Source: Pseudomonadota bacterium (GTDB taxonomy: Bacteria > Pseudomonadota > Gammaproteobacteria > SURF-13). Taken from it: a DNA stretch of 64,000 bases. The notes under the pieces were generated by a model, which searched no databases, was not told where the DNA came from, and saw only the letters and a program-made list of their open reading frames with translations. The position numbers and the translations under genes are program-made. Within the stretch, counting starts at the first letter, position 1, and every line of letters starts with the position of its first letter. The stretch is from the NCBI GenBank assembly GCA_027624315.1, contig JAQBXX010000004.1, positions 442 through 64,441 on the forward strand. The letters run 5' to 3'. Below, piece by piece: positions 41,690 through 49,303 of the stretch.

Positions 41690-41876
41690 GATAACGACCA
41701 AGCTGATGCGCGCCGGGTTTGAGGTGAAGCGACAATCCGGCTCACACAAAATTCTTCGACACCTTGATGGTAGGCAGACTTATGTCGCGATGCATCCGGG
41801 TGATGTCCCGGAAGGCACATTCCGTAAAATTCTAAAGCAGGCAGGGCTGTCGATTGATGAGTTCAGGCGGCTCTGA
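41670..41876 (+). CDS. hicA: HicA-family toxin
   Basis: [29 protein letters not shown]. Confidence 0.88.
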   Translation: MPFSAREITTKLMRAGFEVKRQSGSHKILRHLDGRQTYVAMHPGDVPEGTFRKILKQAGLSIDEFRRL

Positions 41877-41959
41877 TATCACTCCCAGGCGACCCCCCCG
41901 ATAGCCATGCAAAGAAGGATCAGTGCCCAAGAAGGATCAGGGTCTAGCTAAATAGCATC

Positions 41960-42030
41960 GTAGGTCTGTTCAATCCGAAGTCGGAACCGACACACCAAAC
42001 GTCGGATCCGCTGCGCTTGATCCGACCTAC
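41960..42030. repeat. GTAG-type REP doublet
   Basis: GTAGGTC...GTCGGATCCGCTGCGCTTGATCCGACCTAC; right unit is the reverse complement of the 19943 unit. Confidence 0.8.
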
Positions 42031-42044
42031 GCCGCTACACATAA

Positions 42045-43289
42045 TTAAACCGCTGCTATCATCCCCGCCGCGACGGTGTTGTTGGTGTGTTCGTCGATGA
42101 CGATGAAGGCGCCGCTGGCGCGGTTATTGCGATAGACATCACACACCAAGGGCCGTTGCACCTTGATCAGCACGCGGCCAATTTCATTCATCTTCAGCTC
42201 GCTCGCCTCGCCTGTGGCGAGCGTGTTGATGTCCACCTTGTGTTCGATCTCCTGCACGACGGCCTTCGCCGTATGCGTGGTGTGCTTGATGAGATATTTG
42301 CCGCGCGGCTGCAAGGGCTGCTCGCTCATCCAGCACAGCATGGCATGAAATTCGTGCGCGCTGCGCGGGGGGTTTTCCGGGTGAACAATCATGTCGCCGC
42401 GCGAGATGTCGATGTGGTCTTCCAGCGTAAGCGTAACCGACTGCGGCGCGCACGCCTCGGTGATATTGCCGTCGTAAGTGACGATGTGCTTGATGCGCGA
42501 GCGATGGCCCGAAGGCAGCACGACAATCTCATCGCCCGCGCGGACAGAACCGGACTCGATGCGCCCCATGTAGCCGCGAAAGTCCGGCCGGCCCGATATC
42601 TGCGGGCTGCACACGAGCTGCACCGGAAAACGGAAGTCGCGCAGGTTGATGTCGTGCTGGATGTGGATGCCCTCCAGCGTGTTGAGCAGGGTGTCACCTG
42701 TGTACCATGGCATGTGCGCACTTCTGTCCACCACGTTATCGCCGTGCAGCGCCGAAATCGGTATGAAGCTTACATCGCGCGCGCCGAGTTGGGTGCAGAA
42801 CGCGCTGAATTCGGTTTTTATGGTGTGATATATCGCCTCTGAATAATCGACCAGATCCATTTTGTTGATGGCGGCGATCAGGTGTGGAATGCCGAGCAGT
42901 TGTGCAATGTAGGCATGACGGCGCGACTGCGTGAGCACGCCCTTGCGCGCGTCGATCAGCACAATGGCGAGATTCGCAGTAGAGGCGCCGGTGACCATGT
43001 TGCGCGTGTACTGTTCATGGCCCGGGGTGTCGGCGATGATGAACTTGCGCCTGGGAGTGGCGAAATAACGGTAGGCGACGTCAATCGTGATGCCTTGCTC
43101 ACGCTCGGCCTGCAGACCATCGGTGAGCAGTGACAGATCGACGCCGGTGCCGCCGCGCCGCTCGGTGCTGCGCTCCATGGCCTGCAACTGGTCTTCGAAG
43201 ATGGACTTGGCGTCATAGAGCAGGCGCCCGATGAGCGTGCTCTTGCCGTCGTCCACGCTGCCTGCGGTGGTGAAGCGTAATAGATCCAT
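42045..43289 (-). CDS. cysN: Sulfate adenylyltransferase subunit 1 (no APS-kinase domain)
   Basis: LRFTTAGSVDDGKST, EREQGITIDVAYRYF, DTPGHEQYTRNM. Confidence 0.95.
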   Translation of the reverse strand: MDLLRFTTAGSVDDGKSTLIGRLLYDAKSIFEDQLQAMERSTERRGGTGVDLSLLTDGLQAEREQGITIDVAYRYFATPRRKFIIADTPGHEQYTRNMVTGASTANLAIVLIDARKGVLTQSRRHAYIAQLLGIPHLIAAINKMDLVDYSEAIYHTIKTEFSAFCTQLGARDVSFIPISALHGDNVVDRSAHMPWYTGDTLLNTLEGIHIQHDINLRDFRFPVQLVCSPQISGRPDFRGYMGRIESGSVRAGDEIVVLPSGHRSRIKHIVTYDGNITEACAPQSVTLTLEDHIDISRGDMIVHPENPPRSAHEFHAMLCWMSEQPLQPRGKYLIKHTTHTAKAVVQEIEHKVDINTLATGEASELKMNEIGRVLIKVQRPLVCDVYRNNRASGAFIVIDEHTNNTVAAGMIAAV

Positions 43290-43310
43290 TAGCATAAATA
43301 CCGATAAAAA

Positions 43311-43376
43311 CTCAACGCCAAGCCGCCAAGACGCAAAGCAGGAACAGAAAATAAATCTTTGCGTCTTCGCGTTGAG
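43311..43376. repeat. Octamer inverted-array element, copy 6
   Basis: CTCAACGCCAAGCCGCCAAGACGCAAAG ... CTTTGCGTCTTCGCGTTGAG. Confidence 0.82.
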
Positions 43377-43407
43377 CAGTTAAACATCCTGGCGTTAGAC
43401 TCCAGCA

Positions 43408-44307
43408 TCAGAAATACCCCTCGCGCTTGCGCAGCTCCATGGAGGCCTCTGAAGTCCTGTCGTCCATGCGCGTGGCGCCGCGCTCGGTGATGCGCGAGCC
43501 GGCGGTTTCGAGGATGATGGCTTCCGCTGTGGCGGCGTCTGATTCCACCGGGCAGGTACAGCTCATGTCGCCCACGGTGCGGAAGCGCACCATGATATTT
43601 TTTACTTCCTCGCCTTCCCTGGGCTGCACCAGGTGCGATACCGGCAGCCAGCCGCCACGCCACACCACGTCACGCCGGTGCGCGTAGTAAATGGAGGGCA
43701 CCGCGAGTTTCTCGCGCGCGATGTGCTGCCAGATGTCCATCTCGGTCCAGTTGCTGAGCGGAAACACGCGCATGTGTTCGCCCGGATGCACGCGCGTGTT
43801 GTACAAATCCCACAGTTCGGGGCGCTGGTTTTTCGGATCCCACTGGCCGAACTCGTCGCGGAACGAAAAGATACGCTCCTTCGCGCGCGCCTTTTCCTCG
43901 TCACGGCGTGCGCCGCCGAAGCAGGCGTCGAAGCCGAATTCCTGAATGGCGTCGAGCAGCGTCACAGTCTGCATCACATTGCGGCTTTCATTTTCGTGGC
44001 GGAGCTTGATGCGGCCACGGTCGATGGAATCCTGCACCGAGCGCACGATGAGCCGCTCGCCGAGTTCGGCGGCGCGCTTGTCGCGGAATGCGATCACTTC
44101 CGGAAAGTTGTGCTCGGTGTCGATGTGCATTAGCGGAAACGGGAAGCGCCCGGGGCGGAATGCCTTTTCCGCGAGGCGCAGCATGACGATGGAGTCCTTG
44201 CCGCCGGAAAATAGTAACACCGGATTTTTACATTCCGCCGCCACTTCGCGCATGATATGGAGCGCTTCGCTCTCCAGTACATCGAGATGGCTCAAGCGGG
44301 CAGGCAT
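43408..44307 (-). CDS. cysD: Sulfate adenylyltransferase subunit 2
   Basis: LFSGGKDS, GGARRDEEKARAKER, RFRTVGD. Confidence 0.96.
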   Translation of the reverse strand: MPARLSHLDVLESEALHIMREVAAECKNPVLLFSGGKDSIVMLRLAEKAFRPGRFPFPLMHIDTEHNFPEVIAFRDKRAAELGERLIVRSVQDSIDRGRIKLRHENESRNVMQTVTLLDAIQEFGFDACFGGARRDEEKARAKERIFSFRDEFGQWDPKNQRPELWDLYNTRVHPGEHMRVFPLSNWTEMDIWQHIAREKLAVPSIYYAHRRDVVWRGGWLPVSHLVQPREGEEVKNIMVRFRTVGDMSCTCPVESDAATAEAIILETAGSRITERGATRMDDRTSEASMELRKREGYF

Positions 44308-44354
44308 AATCCGACCTGCACTGAGCACGCGCTCAGGGAGTAAGGGTGGTGACA

Positions 44355-45053
44355 TCAGGGTGTGTTTCCCGCAGATTTCTTGGGGTGCAAGCCACATTCC
44401 TTGAGGTCTTCATGTTCCCACCACCAGCGCCCGGCGCGGACGTCTTCGCCCGCGGTGATGGCGCGTGTGCATGGCGCGCAGCCGATGCTGGGATAACCCT
44501 TGTCGTGCAGCGTATTATACGGCACATCGAAGCGGCGGATGTAGTCCCACACCTCCTGCTCCGTCCACTCGATCAGCGGGCTGAACTTCTGCATGCGGTT
44601 GTCTGCGTCCCGCTCCTGCACCTGCGCGTCCTTGCGCGTGGCCGCTTGCGCGCGGCGCAGGCCGGTGACCCACGCCTTGTGGCCCGCGAGTGCGCGCCGC
44701 AGCGGCTCGATCTTGCGGATGTAGCAGCAGTGTTTGCGCAGCGCCACGCTCTCATAAAATGCGTTGGGACCGTGGCTGCTGACAAATTCCTCCACCGCCT
44801 CATGCTGCGGGAAATGCACGCGCAGCGGCAGGCCGTAGCGCTCGCGCACGCGCTGTATCAGTTGATAAGTCTCTTCCGGCAGGCGCCCGGTGTCGAGCGT
44901 GAACAGGCCGATGCCCGGCGCGTGCTTGCAGATCAGATCGGTCAGCACCATGTCTTCCGCGCCCAGGCTGCTGGCGAAGGTCGCGGGCGCGTAGTCTGAC
45001 GCGATGGTCTTGAGCAGATTCGCGGCCTGCGTGATTTTATCGTCGAGTATCAT
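44355..45053 (-). CDS. cysH: APS reductase (Fe-S type CysH)
   Basis: SSLGAED, CCYIRKIEPL, YPSIGCAPC, ECGLH. Confidence 0.93.
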   Translation of the reverse strand: MILDDKITQAANLLKTIASDYAPATFASSLGAEDMVLTDLICKHAPGIGLFTLDTGRLPEETYQLIQRVRERYGLPLRVHFPQHEAVEEFVSSHGPNAFYESVALRKHCCYIRKIEPLRRALAGHKAWVTGLRRAQAATRKDAQVQERDADNRMQKFSPLIEWTEQEVWDYIRRFDVPYNTLHDKGYPSIGCAPCTRAITAGEDVRAGRWWWEHEDLKECGLHPKKSAGNTP

Positions 45054-45057
45054 GGAT

Positions 45058-47376
45058 TCAGGCAGGCTGTCCGGCGGTGGCCTCATGCTTTTTCTGCACG
45101 CGCACACGCGTGTGGGCGCCTTGCCCCTCCGAGGACAGGATGCGGTGCCCGTCCTTGGTAAGGCTCTCCGTGACCTGATGCGCGGGCTCGCCCTCTTCCA
45201 GCAGGAAGTCGATCTCCTCGCCCGAGGCGAGCTTGCCGATCTCGATCCGAGCCTTCATGTAATGTACCGGGCAGCCGTAGCTGGAGAGATCGACGAGCAC
45301 GACGGGGTGCTGCGCCTTGATCGCGGGCACCCGGCGGGGCAGCGAGGCGGTGAGATCAAGCTGGCTGTCTGCCGCCTGGCACACTGCGGCGCTGGCGCGG
45401 GTCCAGTCGTCCAGCTCCGCCATCAGGCGGGTGAACGCCGCTTCGTCATGGTTGTTTGCCTTGAGTGCATCGATACCCTGCGTGAGCGCCGCGAGACGTT
45501 GCGCGAGCGCGGCGTTTTCCGGGCGCAGGCCGGGCAGCACGCGGGCAATCTCCGCCACGTCGTCCAGCTTTTTCTGCCCGGAGATGAACAGCAGCGACTG
45601 GCCGATCAGACGCAGAATCGCCTCGGCGCATTCCAGCGCCTCGCCGTATTTGTGCTGTGAGGCAAAGGCGTTGCGGCAGTCGCGCTCGTAGGCCGCTTCG
45701 GAGAATTGTGACGCGACCAGCTCCTGCGCTGCGCCCGCGCATTCGCCGCCGCCCAGTTGCAGCACCTTGAAGCCGGAGGCTTCGCCGTGGTCGTTCAGCA
45801 CCAGCGGCAGTTGCTCCGCGGTGACAGTGGTGAGGTCGGCGAGTAATTCGGTGAACGATTCCTTGCCGCGGCGGCGCGTCCACTGGAAGAAGGTCTCGCC
45901 GTCGCCGCGCTCCTGCAAAAAGGTTTCCTGCACGCGCGTCACCGCCGTTTCGATGCGCGCTGACGGCACGGAGGGGCCTTTGAGCGCCAAGCCGCCACTC
46001 GCGCGTCCGTCACCGCCGAAATACATCTGATAATGCGGTATCAGCTTGCCGTGCATGCGCTTGCCTTCACCGTAGATGCCGATGTCGCCGGTCTCCGGTT
46101 GCGCGCAGCCGTTGTGGCAGCCGCTGGCGCGGATGCGCAGATCGGCGCTGCCGCCGCTCAGTTTCGGGCCGATGATCTTCGATGACGTGATGCCGAGGCG
46201 GCAGGTGGAGGTGCCGGGGCAGGCGACGACGTCATCGCCGGTTTTGGGTGTGCCGAGGCCGAGCGGCGCGAGCGCGCTGCGTATCGCGTCGATGCGCGCA
46301 TTGGGCACGTTCATCAGCATCAGGTTTTGATCCTGCGTGGTGCGGATGTCGGTGAGCCCCTCGTCCTGCATCAGTTGCGCGATGCCGCGCAACTGAGGAC
46401 CGGTGATGTCGCCGATGGGTACGCTGATCGGAAACACGGACAGCCCCGGCTGCTTCTGCGCGAATACGGTGCGCGGTGCGCCTATGCCACAGGCCTCTCC
46501 CGGCGTGTTATCCACCCAGTCACCCTTGGGGTAGTCGCGGCCCGCAAACGCTGCCTTGGTGCGCGCGTATTCTTCCTTGTATTTTTCCACGAAACCTTCG
46601 GCGCCGAAGCGGTCGACCAGGAATTTGATGCGCGCCTTGGCGCGCTTCACTCGATCCGAATAGCGGTGATGCAGCGAGACGATGGCCTCCATACTGGGCA
46701 GCAAATCCTGCTCTTCGATGAATTCCTCGACCGTGATCGCCTCGCGCGGCTTGTGGCCCAGGCCGCCGCCGGCCACAATCTTGTAACCATAGCGCCCATC
46801 CTTCTTCGCCGCGATCACGCCCAGGTCATGCATCATGCCTTGCGCGCAATCGTGCTCGCAGCCGGAGAAGCTGATCTTGAATTTGCGCGGCAGGTGCTGG
46901 GTGAGCGGATGACGCAGGAAATGTGCGACCGCGCCGTCCATCACCGGGATGATGTCGAGATGTTCGCGCGGGCATACGCCGGAGAGCGGGCAGGCGGTGA
47001 TGTTGCGCACCGTGTTGCCGCACGCCTCGCGCGTGGTGAGGCCGGCCTCGGCCAGGCGGCTCATAGCCGCAGGGGTGTGCGCGAGCGGCACGTAATGAAT
47101 CTGGAAATCCTGGCGCGTGGTGATGTGCACCACGGGATGATCGACATAGCGCTCCAGCACGTCGGCGAGGGCGGTCAGTTGCTCCGGCAATAACTTTCCG
47201 CCGGGAATCTTGACGCGCATCATGTTTACGCCGTCCTGGCGCTGGCCGTACACGCCCTGCTGCAGACGCGCGGACATGAAGCGGTCGGCGTCCAGTTGCA
47301 GACCGAGGTAGGCCTGTACCGATTGTTCGTAGCGCACGATCTCGTCGTGCTTGACCAGAGTATCTGTCTTGTTCAC
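45058..47376 (-). CDS. Siroheme sulfite/nitrite reductase hemoprotein with a C-terminal TusA-like domain
   Basis: TTRQD, CPGTSTCRLG, SGCHNGC; tail VDLSSYGCPVHYMKAR...EEGEP. Confidence 0.88.
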   Translation of the reverse strand: MNKTDTLVKHDEIVRYEQSVQAYLGLQLDADRFMSARLQQGVYGQRQDGVNMMRVKIPGGKLLPEQLTALADVLERYVDHPVVHITTRQDFQIHYVPLAHTPAAMSRLAEAGLTTREACGNTVRNITACPLSGVCPREHLDIIPVMDGAVAHFLRHPLTQHLPRKFKISFSGCEHDCAQGMMHDLGVIAAKKDGRYGYKIVAGGGLGHKPREAITVEEFIEEQDLLPSMEAIVSLHHRYSDRVKRAKARIKFLVDRFGAEGFVEKYKEEYARTKAAFAGRDYPKGDWVDNTPGEACGIGAPRTVFAQKQPGLSVFPISVPIGDITGPQLRGIAQLMQDEGLTDIRTTQDQNLMLMNVPNARIDAIRSALAPLGLGTPKTGDDVVACPGTSTCRLGITSSKIIGPKLSGGSADLRIRASGCHNGCAQPETGDIGIYGEGKRMHGKLIPHYQMYFGGDGRASGGLALKGPSVPSARIETAVTRVQETFLQERGDGETFFQWTRRRGKESFTELLADLTTVTAEQLPLVLNDHGEASGFKVLQLGGGECAGAAQELVASQFSEAAYERDCRNAFASQHKYGEALECAEAILRLIGQSLLFISGQKKLDDVAEIARVLPGLRPENAALAQRLAALTQGIDALKANNHDEAAFTRLMAELDDWTRASAAVCQAADSQLDLTASLPRRVPAIKAQHPVVLVDLSSYGCPVHYMKARIEIGKLASGEEIDFLLEEGEPAHQVTESLTKDGHRILSSEGQGAHTRVRVQKKHEATAGQPA

Positions 47377-47405
47377 GGTACTTAAACTCCTTCAATAATG
47401 TTGCA

Positions 47406-48176
47406 TCAGTGTGCAATAAATTTGATGCCGATCAGCATCAGCATGCTCGCCAGCGCTCCGCGCAGGATCGTCTCCGGAATTTTCACGCTCATGTGGCTGC
47501 CGATATAAATGCCGGGCAAGGAGCCGAACAGCAGACTGCCGAGCAGTATGAAGTCCACATTACCCATTTGCATATGGCCGAGGCCCGCCACCAGGGTGAG
47601 CGGCACGGCGTGCGCGATGTCGCTGCCTACGATGCGCACCGTCGGCAGCAGCGGGTAGAGCAGGAACAGCACCACCACGCCGATGGCGCCCGCGCCGATC
47701 GAGGTGAGCGTGACGAGTGTACCCAGTACGACGCCGGTCGTCACTGCGGCGATCGTCAGCTTGCGACCCTGCAGGCCGTGCTTGAACCAGACGTGACGCT
47801 GCAACTGGGTTTTGAAGACCAGCGCGAGCGCGGTCAAGATCACGGCCACGCCGATGAGGGGTATGAGCAGCGCATCCAGTTTCCAGCCCTGCTCTCCCAC
47901 ATAGTGCAGGAACAGCAAGGTGAGCAAGGATGCCGGCAGGCTGCCCGCCGCCAGCAGGCCAACGATCTTCCAGTCAATAGTACCGCGCCGCCCGTGTACC
48001 CACACGCCACCGGCCTTGGTAATAGAGGCGAACAGCAGATCGGTGCCGACCGCTTTCACCGGCGGGATGCCAAACAGTATCAGCAGCGGCGTCATGAGCG
48101 AACCGCCACCGACGCCGGTGAGCCCGACCAAGGTGCCGACCAGCAGGCCGGAGAGTATGTAGGCGATTAAGTCCAT
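47406..48176 (-). CDS. TauE/SafE-family sulfite exporter
   Basis: GLTGVGGGSLMTP, AVGTDL, IVGSDIAHAVPL. Confidence 0.9.
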   Translation of the reverse strand: MDLIAYILSGLLVGTLVGLTGVGGGSLMTPLLILFGIPPVKAVGTDLLFASITKAGGVWVHGRRGTIDWKIVGLLAAGSLPASLLTLLFLHYVGEQGWKLDALLIPLIGVAVILTALALVFKTQLQRHVWFKHGLQGRKLTIAAVTTGVVLGTLVTLTSIGAGAIGVVVLFLLYPLLPTVRIVGSDIAHAVPLTLVAGLGHMQMGNVDFILLGSLLFGSLPGIYIGSHMSVKIPETILRGALASMLMLIGIKFIAH

Positions 48177-48319
48177 GAAATTCCAGGGTATTCCAGTCTG
48201 GCCAACGCGCGTGACCGGTGTATGCCATATCAGTCCAAGGCGCGCACTGTAGCACTTTCGTATATTCCTTTCTAATAATATTATTCTATTTGCATATAAT
48301 GTAATGGCATAATGAGGTT

Positions 48320-49258
48320 ATGAATCTCCAGCAACTGCGTTATATCTGCGAGGTCGAGCGCCAGGGCCTCAGCATATCGCTCGCCGCGCACAGCCTGCAC
48401 ACCTCGCAGCCCGGCGTCAGTAAGCAGATACACCTGCTGGAAGATGAGCTGGGCGTACTCATCTTCGAGCGCAGCGGCAAGCGGCTGACGGGCATTACCC
48501 CGCCGGGGCGCGCCATCATCGCGCAGGCCAGGGAGGTGCTGCGTGATGTGCAGAATATCAAGCAGGTCGGCAGCGAGTTCACCAACGAGATCGCCGGCAG
48601 CCTGTCGATTGCCACCACGCACACCCAGGCGCGTTACATGCTGCCCAGGACGATCAAGAAATTCACGCAACGCTATCCGCAGGTCAACCTGCACATCCAT
48701 CAAGGCAATCCGACGCAGATCGCCGCCATGGTGGAGCAGGGCGAAGCGGATGTCGGGATTGCCACCGAGGCACTGGCCCAGCATCAGGGGCTGGTGGTGC
48801 TGCCGTGCTATCAATGGAACCGCTGCGTGGTGGCGCCGCCCGGGCACCCGGTGCTGAAGGAGAAACCGCTCACGCTGAAGGCGCTGGCGCGCTATCCCAT
48901 CATCACCTACGACTTCGCCTTCGCCGGCCGCTCGCTCATCAATCAGGCGTTCGAGGCCAAGGGCCTCAAGCCCAACATCGTGCTCACCGCGCTCGACTCG
49001 GATGTCATCAAGACCTATGTCGAGCTGGGGCTGGGCGTCGGCCTGCTTGCCAAGATGGCGTTTGAACCCGTGCGCGACAAGAATTTACGCATGGTGGACG
49101 CCGCGCATTTATTTGCCACCAGCACCACCTATATCGCCGTGCGGCGCGGCATGTTTCTGCGCGGTTATTTGTACGCCTTCATCGAATTATTTGCGCCGCA
49201 CTTGACGCGCGCGGCGGTGGATAAAGCGTTGTCGCCGGCCAACCGTCCCTCTCCCTAA
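48320..49258 (+). CDS. cysB: LysR regulator CysB/Cbl
   Basis: MNLQQLRY, TSQPGVSKQI, ATTHTQARY; divergent from the cys operon. Confidence 0.92.
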   Translation: MNLQQLRYICEVERQGLSISLAAHSLHTSQPGVSKQIHLLEDELGVLIFERSGKRLTGITPPGRAIIAQAREVLRDVQNIKQVGSEFTNEIAGSLSIATTHTQARYMLPRTIKKFTQRYPQVNLHIHQGNPTQIAAMVEQGEADVGIATEALAQHQGLVVLPCYQWNRCVVAPPGHPVLKEKPLTLKALARYPIITYDFAFAGRSLINQAFEAKGLKPNIVLTALDSDVIKTYVELGLGVGLLAKMAFEPVRDKNLRMVDAAHLFATSTTYIAVRRGMFLRGYLYAFIELFAPHLTRAAVDKALSPANRPSP

Positions 49259-49286
49259 CCCTCTCCCCGCAAGCGGGGCGAGGGGA
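49249..49286. repeat. CCCTCTCCC-type palindrome at the cysB/topA convergence
   Basis: CCCTCTCCCTAACCCTCTCCCCGCAAGCGGGGCGAGGGG. Confidence 0.65.
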
Positions 49287-49303
49287 TATCAGGGGTAAAC
49301 GCA

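Noticed and set aside
41912-41940. Direct repeat AAGAAGGATCAG x2 after hicA
   Set aside because: Only two short copies, with no array or associated gene.
38490-42045. Integrative island with attL/attR at tRNA-Gln(CUG)
   Set aside because: No integrase, and I found no duplicate of the tRNA 3' end downstream.
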